Origin: Candidatus Deferrimicrobiaceae bacterium
GTDB taxonomy: Bacteria > Desulfobacterota > Deferrimicrobia > Deferrimicrobiales > Deferrimicrobiaceae
Direction: 5' to 3'
Assembly: GCA_963792415.1 (NCBI GenBank)
Contig: CAWBVY010000004.1
Location: 416,001 to 480,000, forward strand
Length of the DNA: 64,000 nucleotides
The notes below the pieces were generated by a model. The model did not search any database and was not told the DNA's origin. It saw nothing but the letters and a program-made list of their open reading frames with translations. The translations under genes were made by a program, and so were the position numbers. Within the stretch, counting starts at the first letter, position 1; each line of letters begins with the position of its first letter. Positions 48,594-59,830 of this stretch are shown here, piece after piece.

Positions 48594-51482
48594 CTGAGGC
48601 GAGGGCGTATCCGGCAACCCCTCCAGGAGCGCCACCGGGAAGTCGTGGAACACCCCGTGGAGGTGCAGCAGCTTCGCTCCGTCCCCCCTGGAAGCGTGAA
48701 GGGTCTCCCCCGTGAAGATGTTGCGCCATCTGCCCGGAGCCTCCGCCGGCAGCCGTAGCGCGGTTCGCGCCCCCCAGACCCCGAGGCCGACCGGGAATTC
48801 GCCCGGCGGCGCCAGGCGGGTAGTCAGTCGCGGGACCGCCGCGATCGCCCACGCGTCCCCCCGTTTCCGCGCGAACGCCAGCGCGTGTTCCTTCAGCCCG
48901 CCCGTCACGGGCAGGGGGACGTAGGCGCCTTCCAGGAACAGCTCCTTCCGTTCCCGCCGGAAGAAGAGCGCCTTGTACGTCACGAACAGCTTTACCCGCC
49001 CGTCCCGCCAGGAGGAGAGGAGGTCCCGGGCGAGGGGGCCGAGCCCCTGGCGCTCCACCGCTATCAACTTTTGCAGGAGACGGGTCCGGTGCCGGTAATC
49101 GACCGGCCGGCGGTTGTCCGGGTCCACCAGGGAGAAGTCCCAGAGTTCCGTCCCCTGGTAGGTGTCGGGAACCCCCGGCGAGGCGATCTTCAGCAGGAGC
49201 TGGGCCAGGCCGTTGATCGCCCCGTAATGGGCGACCTTCTGCTGGAAGGGGAGGAAATCGGCCAGGAACGCGTTGGTGTCGGGGGACAGTTCCTCCAGCA
49301 GGGAGGCGACGAACTCCTTCACCGCGCCTTCATGGGGGATGTTGTGTCGTATCCATCGCGTGTAGACCTTGGCCTCCCGCATCGCTTTCACCATGTAGTT
49401 CTCGATCCGGGCCTGGAGGTCGGGGAGTTCCTCCCTCTGGAGGGGCCACGCCCCCAGGAGCGTCTGGTAGAGGAGGATCTCCTCGCCCGGGTCCGGCGTC
49501 GCGATCCCGTTGACGATCCGTTTCTTTCCGGCGTTCTGCCGGCTCCATTGCTGGAGACGCTTCTCCCACTCCTCCGGGATCTCCGAGAGGACGTTGATCC
49601 GCGCGCGCACGTCCTCGCTCCTCTTTGTGTCGTGGGTCGAGGTGGCGTTCATGGAATACGGCCAGCGACTGGCCATGGTTTCGCAGCGGCTGTGGAAGGC
49701 ACTCGCGGAAACTCCGGTGGAGGCGGGGTTTCCGCCGACTTCGTTCATGGAAACGAGCCGGTTGTAGACGTACAGGGAGGTGTCCTCGTACCCCTTCGCC
49801 ATGATCGGGCCCGTGAACTGCTGCCAGCGCATCAGGAAGCGGAGCCACTCCTCCCGCTCGTTCCCGGCGAGGGAAGGAGGCGTCTCGAGCAGCAGGACCC
49901 GGCGCAGGAAATCGAAGACGGGGGTGCTGGCCTCGGTGCTGCGCTGCTGCGCGGTCTTGAGGGCTTTCGTGATGTGCCGGATGTCCCGCGCGGACAGATC
50001 GGGACTCCGTGCGTACGTGCGGTAGACGGGGAAGCACGCCGTCACTTCGACCAGGGCGGCGTGCAGCTCCTTCCCGGGGAGGTCGCGGGCGTACCGGTCC
50101 TGCTCCGCCAGCCGCGCGAGGTGCTGCCCGAGCGAGTGCATCTCGCCCGCGAAGAGGGTGTCCATCACCAGCTTCTTGTTCCGGTAGACCGTCTCCCGGA
50201 AGTTCGGTGCGACTCCGATGAACCGCGCGTAGATCTCGTCCAGAGTCTTCATGCCCCGTGCGCTGAGGAAGACCCCGTTCAGCGCGTTCAGGGAGTCGTA
50301 TCCCGTCGTCCCGTGCACGGGCCACTCGGGGGGAAGGTCCTCCTCCTCGCCAAGGATCTTTTCCACCAGCACGTAGAACCGCGCGGGCGGGTTCCCGTCT
50401 TCCGTCCCCGTCAGGCGCTGCATGAGCCGTACGAGGTACCCGTGGGGATCGTACAGGCCGTCGACGTGGTCCACGCGCAGGCCGGTGACCTTCCCCTCCC
50501 TCGCGAGGCGAAGCGCCAGTTCGTGCGCGGCGTCGAAGACCCGCGGGTCCTCGACCCGCAGAGATACCAGGTCGCTGACGGCGAAGAAGCGCCGGTAGTT
50601 GATCTCCTCGTTCGCGAGCCTCCAGAAGGAGAGCCAGTAGTGCTGCTCGGAGAGGATGCGGTCGAGGGGGTCGAAGCTGGCGGGATCGCCTTTCCGCCCG
50701 TTCACCATCCGCAACGTTTCGTCGATGTGCTCCCGGATCTCGTGGCGCTCCGTGTACAGGCGCAGGAGGCGCTCCTTGATCCCCTCCTCGGAGGCGTACC
50801 GCTCGCGGGCCGCCTCCGCATCCGCCACCGCGATCTTCGGGAGGTGCTCGATCGTCGTGATCAGGTCCCACAGCTCCCGGAACGAGGGGTGGTCCGGCCC
50901 GTACGTCTCCTCGAGCGACGGAAGCCGCAGGGAAAGGATCCGCGGGTAGGAATGGATCGACACCGGAAGCTTCGCGGAGTGGCAATGGACGAGGAACCCG
51001 CCCTTTTCGGTGTGCAGGGAGAGCTCCTGCTCCTCGATCATCCGGCCGTACGGACCGCCCAGGATGGGGAGGAGGACCTTGCCGGAGAGCGCTTTCTTGG
51101 GGGAGTGCCAGTCGATGTCGAAGAATCCCGCGAACGGCGACCCTTGTCCGCTCTCCAGGACGTCCATCCACCACCGGTTCTCGACGCTCGCGGCCATGTG
51201 GTTGGGGACGATGTCCATCAGCAGCCCCATTCCCCGCTCCTTGAGCGCCTTCGTCAGCGACTCGAAATGCCCTTCGCTCCCCAGCTCGACGTTCAGCCGG
51301 GTGGGGTCGGTCACGTCGTAGCCGTGGGAGCTGCCCGCGCGGGCCTGGAAGATCGGCGAGGCGTACAGGTCGGTGACGCCCAGGGCTTCCAGGTACGGGA
51401 CCAGGGCGGCGGCGTGCTCGAACCGGAACCGCCGGTGGAACTGGAACCGGTACGTGGACGCAGGGATCCGGAGCGAAGTCAC
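48588..51482 (-). CDS. treY: maltooligosyl trehalose synthase
   Basis: PASTYRFQF, GSSHGYDV, DIVPNHM, INYRRFF, LRVDHVDGL, VEKIL, TSTHDTKRSED, SLVDPDNRRPVD. Confidence 0.95.
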   Translation of the reverse strand: MTSLRIPASTYRFQFHRRFRFEHAAALVPYLEALGVTDLYASPIFQARAGSSHGYDVTDPTRLNVELGSEGHFESLTKALKERGMGLLMDIVPNHMAASVENRWWMDVLESGQGSPFAGFFDIDWHSPKKALSGKVLLPILGGPYGRMIEEQELSLHTEKGGFLVHCHSAKLPVSIHSYPRILSLRLPSLEETYGPDHPSFRELWDLITTIEHLPKIAVADAEAARERYASEEGIKERLLRLYTERHEIREHIDETLRMVNGRKGDPASFDPLDRILSEQHYWLSFWRLANEEINYRRFFAVSDLVSLRVEDPRVFDAAHELALRLAREGKVTGLRVDHVDGLYDPHGYLVRLMQRLTGTEDGNPPARFYVLVEKILGEEEDLPPEWPVHGTTGYDSLNALNGVFLSARGMKTLDEIYARFIGVAPNFRETVYRNKKLVMDTLFAGEMHSLGQHLARLAEQDRYARDLPGKELHAALVEVTACFPVYRTYARSPDLSARDIRHITKALKTAQQRSTEASTPVFDFLRRVLLLETPPSLAGNEREEWLRFLMRWQQFTGPIMAKGYEDTSLYVYNRLVSMNEVGGNPASTGVSASAFHSRCETMASRWPYSMNATSTHDTKRSEDVRARINVLSEIPEEWEKRLQQWSRQNAGKKRIVNGIATPDPGEEILLYQTLLGAWPLQREELPDLQARIENYMVKAMREAKVYTRWIRHNIPHEGAVKEFVASLLEELSPDTNAFLADFLPFQQKVAHYGAINGLAQLLLKIASPGVPDTYQGTELWDFSLVDPDNRRPVDYRHRTRLLQKLIAVERQGLGPLARDLLSSWRDGRVKLFVTYKALFFRRERKELFLEGAYVPLPVTGGLKEHALAFARKRGDAWAIAAVPRLTTRLAPPGEFPVGLGVWGARTALRLPAEAPGRWRNIFTGETLHASRGDGAKLLHLHGVFHDFPVALLEGLPDTPSPQG

Positions 51483-51486
51483 GGGC

Positions 51487-53922
51487 TCACTCCTCCGGCA
51501 CGAGGATCGAGAGTTTCGCGCCGATGGCGCGGAACAGTCCGATCCACAGGGCCGCCTGCTCGTCCCCTTCCCCGGACTGCACAAGGTAAGACGGGTAGGC
51601 GGTCTTCAGGAGGTCGTACCAGATGTTCTGGGCTCCCCAGAAGAGCACCTCGAAGGGGAGGTCGTGGCCCATCTCGACCGCCCCCGCGAAGCGGCGGAGC
51701 AGGTCGAGGTCGTCGGGCTTCTCCCGGAAGTCGTTCGCGATCGCGTCGATTTTCTTCTGCAGGGTGAAGCCGAGGCCGGGCGAGTCGAGCGTGATGCCGA
51801 ACCCGTCACCCTCCTCCAGGAGCCCGCGGATCGCCGACGCCTCCAGGGTCTCCGACGACACGGCACGGCGCAGCTCCGCGTTCAGCGCGACCTTCGCGGA
51901 GGCGTACAGGGGATCGGGGAGGGGGATCCCGATGCTCGACAGGAACCGCATCATGCTGGCGTGCTGGTTGTAGATCCCCCGGTGGTTCGCCTCCGTGTCG
52001 GAGAGGGTCTGGTCGAGGATGATGTGGAGGATTTTCCGCAATTCGTCGCGGAACAGCAGCTTCATGGAGTAGGTCCCCGCCCCGAAATGCTTGTCCACCG
52101 TCCGGATCACTTCGGGGAGGTCGGCGCTCTTGAAGATGTCTCCGATCTCCCGCGCGAGGGTTGCGTACGCCTCCTCTCCGCGGAAGTCGCGGATCCCGCC
52201 GCTGACGTTGTGGTCCCCCAGGTGGAGGACGCCGAAGGACAGCTGCGCCGATTTCCGGGTGATCCCGGAGGTGACCCGCGCCCTGCCCATGACGAGCTTC
52301 GTCCTGCCCGCCGTCTGGACGCGGAAATCCTCGCGCTCGATGTCGTAGCAGAAGATCCGGGAGCGTTCGCCGTAATTCTCGAAGAGGGAGCTCACCGCGT
52401 AGTGGGCGCCGACCTTGTGGAGGTTGACCATCGCGGGCCGTACGAACTTGTCGTAAATGAGGCGTCCGTTCCCGTGTTCCGGAACGTTGCCGCCGACCCG
52501 TTCCAGCCGTTCCAGGAATCCGGCTTCGATGGAGTCGCCGAAGAGATCCTGGGAAAGCTGGACGACGCGGCCGGCGTACTGGAGGACCTGCACCGTTTCG
52601 AGCCCCGAGAGCTCGTCGAAGAACCAGCCGCAGCTCGTGTACATGAGCATCGCCTGCCGCTGCATCTCCATCAGCTGCAGCGCCCGGGTCTTCTGCTCCG
52701 CCGTCAGTTCCCCGGCGGCCGTCCTTCCGAGAAATTCGTCGACGGAGGCGTCGGACCGGTCGAGGATCACCGAGATGTACTCCTCGCGGGCGGCCCAGGG
52801 GTCCTTGAAGATCATCCGCCCTTCCCGCTCGAACAAGGGGGCGATGGCGTCCCGGAGTCCGTCCAGCGCCTCCCGCAGCGGCCCCCGCCACTCCTGGTTC
52901 CACCCCGGGCGGCCGCCGGAGTTGCACCCGCAGTTGCTCCGCCACCTCTCCACGCCGTGGACGCAGCTCCAGGAGCTGTTGTCGAAGATCCGCACGTCGT
53001 GGGTGGGCGGGAACCTCTCCAGGTGCTCCCCGTAGTTGGTGAGGCGGACCCCCGGGTCGGCGTCGAGGAGACGCAGCGCGTGCGAAAGCGCCATCTCCCC
53101 GTGCTTGTGGTGGTGGCCGTACGTCTCGCCGTCGGTGGCGATGTGCACCAGCTGCTGCGGCCACGGGCGCTGGTCGGAAAAGGCCCCCCGCAGCCGGTTG
53201 GCGAGGAACTCCCCGTTGTCGAGGAGCCTTTCGAAGGCCACGCCCTGCGAAATGGGCCCGTCGTAGAAGAAAAGGGCGATCTTCCGGCCCGAAGGGAGGT
53301 TGAGCTCGTACGGGATCGTGGGATCGATCCTCCCGTTGCTGACGTCGCGCCAGTCGCGGCTCCCTTTCTTGCGCGCCTTGGCTGCCTGGCGGGGGGCGAG
53401 GATCGTGAACCGGATCCCCTCGCTGGCCAGGACCTCCAGGGTGGCGACGTCCGCCGCGGTTTCCGGGAGCCACATCCCCTCCGGCGGCCGGCCGAACCGG
53501 TGCGTGAAATCCTGGATCCCCCATCGGACCTGCGTCGTCTTGTCCCGCGCGTTGGCCAGGGGAAGGATGATGTGGTTGTACCCCTGCGCCAGGGCGGAGC
53601 CGTGGCCAGAGAACGCCTCGCGGCTTTCCCGGTCGCCTTCGAGGACGGCGCGGTACACCGCGGGGGACTTCTCTTCCATCCAGGACAGCAGCGTCGGGCC
53701 GAAGTTGAAGCTGATGCGGGAGTAGTTGTTGACGATCTTTTCGATCCGCCCGTCCCCGGCGAGGGCCCGGGAAAACGCGTTGGCGCCGTAACATTCCGCC
53801 GAGATCCGCTCGTTCCAGTCGTGGAACGGGTACGCGGAGTCCTGGAGTTCGATCGCCTCCAGCCAGGGGTTCTCCCTTGGCGGCTGGTAGAAGTGGCAGT
53901 GGATGCAGACGTATCGGTCCAT
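51487..53922 (-). CDS. GH57-like DUF3536 domain protein
   Basis: HCHFYQPPRENPW, GMWLPETA, ATDGETYGHH, MYTSCGWFFD. Confidence 0.9.
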   Translation of the reverse strand: MDRYVCIHCHFYQPPRENPWLEAIELQDSAYPFHDWNERISAECYGANAFSRALAGDGRIEKIVNNYSRISFNFGPTLLSWMEEKSPAVYRAVLEGDRESREAFSGHGSALAQGYNHIILPLANARDKTTQVRWGIQDFTHRFGRPPEGMWLPETAADVATLEVLASEGIRFTILAPRQAAKARKKGSRDWRDVSNGRIDPTIPYELNLPSGRKIALFFYDGPISQGVAFERLLDNGEFLANRLRGAFSDQRPWPQQLVHIATDGETYGHHHKHGEMALSHALRLLDADPGVRLTNYGEHLERFPPTHDVRIFDNSSWSCVHGVERWRSNCGCNSGGRPGWNQEWRGPLREALDGLRDAIAPLFEREGRMIFKDPWAAREEYISVILDRSDASVDEFLGRTAAGELTAEQKTRALQLMEMQRQAMLMYTSCGWFFDELSGLETVQVLQYAGRVVQLSQDLFGDSIEAGFLERLERVGGNVPEHGNGRLIYDKFVRPAMVNLHKVGAHYAVSSLFENYGERSRIFCYDIEREDFRVQTAGRTKLVMGRARVTSGITRKSAQLSFGVLHLGDHNVSGGIRDFRGEEAYATLAREIGDIFKSADLPEVIRTVDKHFGAGTYSMKLLFRDELRKILHIILDQTLSDTEANHRGIYNQHASMMRFLSSIGIPLPDPLYASAKVALNAELRRAVSSETLEASAIRGLLEEGDGFGITLDSPGLGFTLQKKIDAIANDFREKPDDLDLLRRFAGAVEMGHDLPFEVLFWGAQNIWYDLLKTAYPSYLVQSGEGDEQAALWIGLFRAIGAKLSILVPEE

Positions 53923-55794
53923 CTAGCGGGTCCCCTTTTCTTTTTTCAACAGGAGGATGAAGGACTTCGGATGCATGGAGAGCGCGATGTCCGCCGCCGA
54001 ATCCGGCAATCCGGGAGCCATCCCTCCGGGGCCTCCCCACCGGGCGTCGGAGGAATCCAGGACCTTTTCCCACGGACCGCCGGGAAGGGACAGGCGCAGG
54101 GTCGTCTTCTTGTCCCCGAAATGAAACGCGGAGGCGGCGTACCCGCCGCCGTGCCCGCGCAATACGACGAGGGCTTTCTCTTCGTCGAATCGGATCACGT
54201 TGATCTCCTCCCGGTACGGGCGGTCGACGCCCGACAGGGCGCGGATCGTTTTCCGGGCCCGGAGCAGTTCGCGGTGCAGCTCGAGGAGCGTCGCGTGGTT
54301 GCCCGAGCCGCGGAGGGAAAGGTCCGGCCGCGACCGGAGAAACGTCGCCTCGTCCTGCGGGTCGGGAATCTCGCCGGACCAGCCGAAGGCGGCGAACTCC
54401 TCCTTCCGCCCCTTCCGGACCGCCTCGATGAGTCCCGCATCGCCATGATGCACGAAGTAGAGGAACGGCGCGACCTCGCCGTACTCCTCCCCCATGAACA
54501 GGAGCGGAATATAGGGAGACAGGAGAACGACGCCCGCGGCGAGCTTCAGGGACTCGAAGGAGACCAGGGCGCTCAGCCGGTCCCCCCGCATCCGGTTTCC
54601 GACCTGGTCGTGATTCTGGGCGAACACGACGAATTTCCCCGCGGGGAGGTGCCGGGAACGGTTCCCGTGGCGGCGCTTGCGGTGCACGGAGTATTGCCCG
54701 GAGTAGACGAACCCGTCCGTGAAGGCGCGGGCCATCGGTTCGATCCCGCCGAAATCGGCGTAGTACCCGTCCCGCTCGCCCGTCAGCAGCGTGTGAAGGG
54801 CGTGGTGAAAGTCGTCGCTCCATTGCGCGTCGAGGCCGTATCCCCCTTCCTCCGCCGGGGTGACGATCCGGGCGTCGTTCAGGTCGCTCTCGGGGATCAG
54901 GTAGGCCATGCGGTTCTCGTCCCGCCGGATGCGACGCACGGCCGCGGAAAGTTCCGCGAGGAAGGGGGAGGCGCTGAAGTCCATGATTCCGTGGATCGCA
55001 TCGAGCCGCAGCGCGTCGACGTGGAACTCCTGTATCCAGTGGAGCGCGTTGTCCTGGAAATAGCGGCGCACCTCGTCGCTGCAGGGGCCGTCGAAGTTCA
55101 CGGCGGAGCCCCACGGGGTGCGGTACCGGTCGCTGAAGTAGGGGCCGAAGTCGGAAAGGTAGTTCCCCTCCGGGCCGAGGTGGTTGTAGACCACGTCGAG
55201 GACGACGGCGAGGCCGCGCCGGTGGCAGGCGTCGACCAGCCGCTTCAGCCCTTCCGGACCGCCGTAGCTCTCCTGCACGGCGAACGGGTAGACGCCGTCG
55301 TACCCCCAGTTCCTCTTCCCGGGGAACTGCGAAACGGGCATCAGCTCCACGGCGGTGATCCCCAGGTCGACGAGGGAGTCGAGGTGCGGGATGATGCCGT
55401 CGAAGGTGCCCTCGGGCGTGTACGTCCCGACGTGCAGTTCGTACAGGATGTAGGAGAGGAGGGGGATCCCCCGCCACTCCCGGTCCTGCCACCGGAACGC
55501 CCCCGGGTCCGTGACCATGGAGGGGCCGTGGACTCCCTGCGGCTGGTGGCGCGAGGCCGGATCGGGCCGCTCCTTCGCGCCATCGAGTCGATACAGGTAC
55601 AGGGTTCCCGGGACCACCCCGTCCGCGATCCCGTGATGGTACCCCGCGCCATCCCCTTCCAGCGGCACCACCCGGCGTGCCGGGGAGAGCAGAAGGACCT
55701 CCACGGACCGCGCGAACGGCGCGTAGACGAGGAAGCGGCAGCGCCCGTCCGGGAGCGGCGTCGCGCCCAGGGGGTGGGAACGGAAACCGGTCAT
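53923..55794 (-). CDS. treZ: maltooligosyl trehalose trehalohydrolase
   Basis: [52 protein letters not shown]. Confidence 0.95.
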   Translation of the reverse strand: MTGFRSHPLGATPLPDGRCRFLVYAPFARSVEVLLLSPARRVVPLEGDGAGYHHGIADGVVPGTLYLYRLDGAKERPDPASRHQPQGVHGPSMVTDPGAFRWQDREWRGIPLLSYILYELHVGTYTPEGTFDGIIPHLDSLVDLGITAVELMPVSQFPGKRNWGYDGVYPFAVQESYGGPEGLKRLVDACHRRGLAVVLDVVYNHLGPEGNYLSDFGPYFSDRYRTPWGSAVNFDGPCSDEVRRYFQDNALHWIQEFHVDALRLDAIHGIMDFSASPFLAELSAAVRRIRRDENRMAYLIPESDLNDARIVTPAEEGGYGLDAQWSDDFHHALHTLLTGERDGYYADFGGIEPMARAFTDGFVYSGQYSVHRKRRHGNRSRHLPAGKFVVFAQNHDQVGNRMRGDRLSALVSFESLKLAAGVVLLSPYIPLLFMGEEYGEVAPFLYFVHHGDAGLIEAVRKGRKEEFAAFGWSGEIPDPQDEATFLRSRPDLSLRGSGNHATLLELHRELLRARKTIRALSGVDRPYREEINVIRFDEEKALVVLRGHGGGYAASAFHFGDKKTTLRLSLPGGPWEKVLDSSDARWGGPGGMAPGLPDSAADIALSMHPKSFILLLKKEKGTR

Positions 55795-57704
55795 TCCGCG
55801 CGACCTCCGCTTTTCAGGAACAGGGCGGACAGCGGGGGGACCACGAGGGTCAGGGAGTGGAACCTCCCCTGCGCGCCGATGGGCGCCGCCTCCACGCCGC
55901 CGATGTTCCCCTGTCCGCTTCCGCCGTACTCGATCGCGTCGCTGTTGAGGCACTCGCGCCAGAACCCCCCGCGGGGAACGCCGATGCGGTAATTGTGCCT
56001 CGGGACGGGGGTGAAGTTGAAGACGGCAAGGAGGATGTCGTCCCTTCCGCTAGCCTTCCGGAACAGGCTGATCACGCTCTGCTCCGCGTCCCGGGCGTCG
56101 GCCCACTCGAAGCCGGCCGGATCGAAATCGGACGCGTGCAGGGCCGGCTCGTCCCGGTAGAACCGGTTCAGTTCCTCGACCCAGCGCGAGAGGGCGGCGT
56201 GGCGGGGTTCCTCCGCGAGGTGCCATTCCAGGCTCGTGTCGTGGTTCCATTCCGTCCACTGCCCGAACTCCCCCCCCATGAAGAGGAGCTTCTTCCCCGG
56301 CTGCGCGTACATGCAGCCGAACAGGGCGCGAAGGTTGGCGAACTTCTGCCAGTCGTCGCCGGGCATCTTCCCGAGGAGCGACCCTTTCCCGTGGACGACC
56401 TCGTCGTGGGAAAGGGGAAGCACGAAGTTCTCCGAGAACGCGTACACCCCCCGGAAGGTGAGTTTGTCGTGGTGGTACTTCCGGTAGATGGGGGCCTGGG
56501 ACATGTACGCCAGCATGTCGTGCATCCAGCCCATGTCCCACTTCATCCCGAAGCCCAGTCCCCCCACGTAGTTCGGGCGGGAGACCATGGGCCATGCGGT
56601 GGACTCCTCGGCGATCGTCACGATGTCGGGGAACGCCCCGTACACCGTCTCGTTGAAGCGGCGCAGGAAAGCGATCGCGTCGACGTTCTCCCGCCCCCCG
56701 AACTGGTTGGGGATCCATTCCCCCTCCTTCCGGGAGTAGTCCAGGTAGAGCATCGACGCGACGGCGTCCACCCGCAGGCCGTCCGCGTGGTAGACGTCCA
56801 GCCAGAAGTAGGCGTTGCTGAGGAGAAAGCTCTGCACCTCCTTGCGCCCGTAGTTGAAGATCTCCGTGTCCCAGTCCGGGTGGTGCCCCTGCCGGGGGTC
56901 GGCGTGTTCGTAGAGGTGGGTGCCGTCGAAGAAGGCGAGCCCGTTCCCGTCCTTGGAGAAGTGGGAGGGGACCCAGTCGAGGAGGACGCCGATCCCGTGC
57001 CGGTGGAGCGTGTCCACAAGGAACATGAAATCCTGCGGGGTCCCGTACCGGCTCGTCGGGGCGAAGTACCCCGTCCCCTGGTATCCCCAGGAGCCGTAGA
57101 AGGGGTGCTCCATCACGGGGAGGAACTCCACGTGGGTGAAATTCATCCGGGTCAGGTAGGCGGCGAGACGGGGAGCGAGTTCCCGGTACGTCAGCGGGCG
57201 GTTCCCCTCGTCGGGAACCCGCATCCAGGATCCGAGGTGCACCTCGTAGATCGAGATGGGGCGGTCCGCGGAATTCCTCCGGCGGCGGTCGGCCATCCAT
57301 TCGGCATCCCCCCATTCGTTCCAGAGATCGCACACGATGCTTCCGGGCTCGGGAGGGGGTTGGGAGGAGAAGGCGAACGGGTCGGATTTATCGTACCGGT
57401 ACCCCCCGAATCGCGAGATCACGTGGTACTTGTAGGCCGACCCCGTGGCCACTCCAGGGAGGAACCCTTCCCAGATTCCCGAATCCCCCCGGGGCCGCAG
57501 CGGATGCGTGCGGTTGTCCCACCCGTTGAAATCCCCCATGACGGAAACCCCCTCCGCGTTGGGCGCCCACACGGCGAAACAGGTCCCCGCGTCGGAGCCC
57601 GATTCGAGGAAATGGGCCCCGAGCTTTTCGTAGAGGCGGAAGTGGCTCCCCTCGTTGAACAGGTGCAGGTCCTGGTCGGTCAGCAACGTCACGTCGTATC
57701 GCAA
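55791..57704 (-). CDS. glgB: 1,4-alpha-glucan branching enzyme
   Basis: [52 protein letters not shown] start is uncertain. Confidence 0.95.
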   Translation of the reverse strand: MRYDVTLLTDQDLHLFNEGSHFRLYEKLGAHFLESGSDAGTCFAVWAPNAEGVSVMGDFNGWDNRTHPLRPRGDSGIWEGFLPGVATGSAYKYHVISRFGGYRYDKSDPFAFSSQPPPEPGSIVCDLWNEWGDAEWMADRRRRNSADRPISIYEVHLGSWMRVPDEGNRPLTYRELAPRLAAYLTRMNFTHVEFLPVMEHPFYGSWGYQGTGYFAPTSRYGTPQDFMFLVDTLHRHGIGVLLDWVPSHFSKDGNGLAFFDGTHLYEHADPRQGHHPDWDTEIFNYGRKEVQSFLLSNAYFWLDVYHADGLRVDAVASMLYLDYSRKEGEWIPNQFGGRENVDAIAFLRRFNETVYGAFPDIVTIAEESTAWPMVSRPNYVGGLGFGMKWDMGWMHDMLAYMSQAPIYRKYHHDKLTFRGVYAFSENFVLPLSHDEVVHGKGSLLGKMPGDDWQKFANLRALFGCMYAQPGKKLLFMGGEFGQWTEWNHDTSLEWHLAEEPRHAALSRWVEELNRFYRDEPALHASDFDPAGFEWADARDAEQSVISLFRKASGRDDILLAVFNFTPVPRHNYRIGVPRGGFWRECLNSDAIEYGGSGQGNIGGVEAAPIGAQGRFHSLTLVVPPLSALFLKSGGRAE

Positions 57705-59830
57705 TGGGGGTCACCTTCCTTTCGTATGCGGTCGATCTCCCGCAGCGTGCGGATCACCCCCGGGAGGGCGAGGAGCTCCTCGAGGGAGTGCCTGCTCTTG
57801 CCCACCCAGTTCGGGCGCTCCGAGGAGGTCCCGGGAGTGTTCTGGGGGGCCCGCTCCAGCCACAGGTCCTCCAGGTTGACGATCACCATTTCCGCCGCGC
57901 TCCCCGCGAGGTGGGCCAGGCAGGCCCGCAGCAGCGTTTCGTCGTCGGGGCGGGGGCCCGTCCGCGGCAACCGTCCCCGTTTCCGCAAAAATTGCGTCAG
58001 CGCACGAACGCGTTCCTGTCTCCCCGTCACTTCCCCCCGCGCCCCTTCCCGATCCAGGAGGCCCAGGGAGACGCGGTCTTCGACGTCGAGGGACTCGAGG
58101 AAGGCGGCGAAGGGGGGCATGTCGTGGGTGTTCACGCACGCGAGGGAGGCCCTCGGAATCTTCCCCAGGGCCTTGCCGGCGTCCGGCGTCAGCCCGTACT
58201 GCACGACGAACATCCGGCGCAGCCCGTGACGCCCCATCGCCGGGCGCACGTACGGGGGGACGGTCCCGAGATCCTCCCCCACGATCCGCGCCCGGTTCCG
58301 GTGCGACTCCAGGCACAGGATGGCGTACAGCTCCTCCGCGGGGTACCGCACGTAGGTTCCCTCGCCGGGGGACGCGCCGTTCGGAACCCAGAAGAAGCGG
58401 TGCAGCCCCATGACGTGGTCGATCCGGAGGATCCCCGCGTAGCGCAGCTGGTTCGCGATGCACGCGCGGAAATAGGCGTGCCCGTCCTCCCGGATCCGCT
58501 CGGGGTGCAGCGGAGGGAACCCCCAGTCCTGTCCCCGGGTGAAGAAATCGTCGGGAGGCGCCCCCGCGGACGCCTGGAGCGCGAAGAGGTCCCGTCGCCG
58601 CCAGACGTCGTAGCCGTCGTAGCTCGCTCCGAGAGGCAGGTCGAGGTACAGCAGTTTCCGGGAATCGGACGAGAGGTCCCGGAGCTGCAGGTGAAGCGCC
58701 CACTGCGCGAACAGGTGGTACCGTTCGGCCGCTCGGTCGAAATCCCCCTCGCCCAGTCGCCCGTCCCGCAAGGGCGCCGGCCAGGTCGGCCAGGGGGACC
58801 GGATCGTGTCCCACGCCGCGCGGAAGCGGGCGTACTCCCCGATCGGAGGGTTCTCCGCGACGAACCGCCGGAAGTCCTCCTGTGCCCTGGGGTCCTTCCG
58901 GAAGAACGCTTCGGAGAGTTCCTCGAGCACGCGGCGCTTCAGGGCCATGCCGCGCCGGTACTCCACGCGGGGCGCTTCCCGCAACCGGGCCGCCTCCGCC
59001 TGGAACTCCGCCGAGGCGAGAAGATCCCCCGCCGCGCGGCACTCCCCGAACCCCGGCGCCCGGGTCACGTCGAGGTAGAACTCGTTCCAGGCGAGACGGC
59101 TGCAGGGGGAGTAGGGGCTTGGGTTGAACGGCTCGGGGGAGCAGGCCGAAAGCAGCGGCAGCGTCCCCACCGTGTCCCCCCCCATCTCCTCCACCCGGTC
59201 CATGAGGGCGCGCAGGTCCGTGAGGTCCCCGGTGGCCAGGCTCCTGCGGGAATGGAGGGCGTACAGCGGAAGGAACACCCCCCACCCCCGGCCGTTCCCC
59301 TCCGGGGCGGTCCAAGCGCGCGACGGGGCGGAAACGACGGTCGTCCCGCAGCTCACCCCGCCCAGGTCCACTTCCAGCGCGTGGTATCCCGGCGGGAGTT
59401 TCCATGGAAGCGGGGCCCTTTTCACAACGTACTTTCCCGCGGTCCCGGTCCCGGGGACCGCGACCGGAAGAAGGGACAGGTCGCAATCGGTCTCCCGCGC
59501 TTCTCCGGTTTCCAGGACGACACGGAGCCGCGCGCGCGCGTTTTCGTCGTTTCGGGGAACCCGAAGCTCGACCGTGGCCGTCCCGTCGTCCCAGGCGACG
59601 CAGACCGGGGGACAGACGCGTTCCCACGCGGACGATTCGGCCCGGCGCAGCGCCTCCGGGGCGTCCCGGATCGTTTCCAGCGGCTCCCCAAGGGAGCGAA
59701 GCACGGCGAGGAGCGTCTCCGGGGGCGGCGTCCTCCGCTGGTGCCGGATGTCGAAATAGGCGGTCTGCACCCCGCGGAGGCGCGCCAGCCGCCGCAGTCC
59801 GCGGATCTCCCCGCCGCTTCCGGAGGTCAC
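57689..59830 (-). CDS. malQ: 4-alpha-glucanotransferase (GH77)
   Basis: [48 protein letters not shown] start overlaps the treS stop. Confidence 0.93.
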   Translation of the reverse strand: MTSGSGGEIRGLRRLARLRGVQTAYFDIRHQRRTPPPETLLAVLRSLGEPLETIRDAPEALRRAESSAWERVCPPVCVAWDDGTATVELRVPRNDENARARLRVVLETGEARETDCDLSLLPVAVPGTGTAGKYVVKRAPLPWKLPPGYHALEVDLGGVSCGTTVVSAPSRAWTAPEGNGRGWGVFLPLYALHSRRSLATGDLTDLRALMDRVEEMGGDTVGTLPLLSACSPEPFNPSPYSPCSRLAWNEFYLDVTRAPGFGECRAAGDLLASAEFQAEAARLREAPRVEYRRGMALKRRVLEELSEAFFRKDPRAQEDFRRFVAENPPIGEYARFRAAWDTIRSPWPTWPAPLRDGRLGEGDFDRAAERYHLFAQWALHLQLRDLSSDSRKLLYLDLPLGASYDGYDVWRRRDLFALQASAGAPPDDFFTRGQDWGFPPLHPERIREDGHAYFRACIANQLRYAGILRIDHVMGLHRFFWVPNGASPGEGTYVRYPAEELYAILCLESHRNRARIVGEDLGTVPPYVRPAMGRHGLRRMFVVQYGLTPDAGKALGKIPRASLACVNTHDMPPFAAFLESLDVEDRVSLGLLDREGARGEVTGRQERVRALTQFLRKRGRLPRTGPRPDDETLLRACLAHLAGSAAEMVIVNLEDLWLERAPQNTPGTSSERPNWVGKSRHSLEELLALPGVIRTLREIDRIRKEGDPHCDTT

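Noticed and set aside
51373-55992. 1539-aa plus-strand ORF
   Set aside because: Antisense shadow of the GH57 and treZ genes, with no recognisable motifs.
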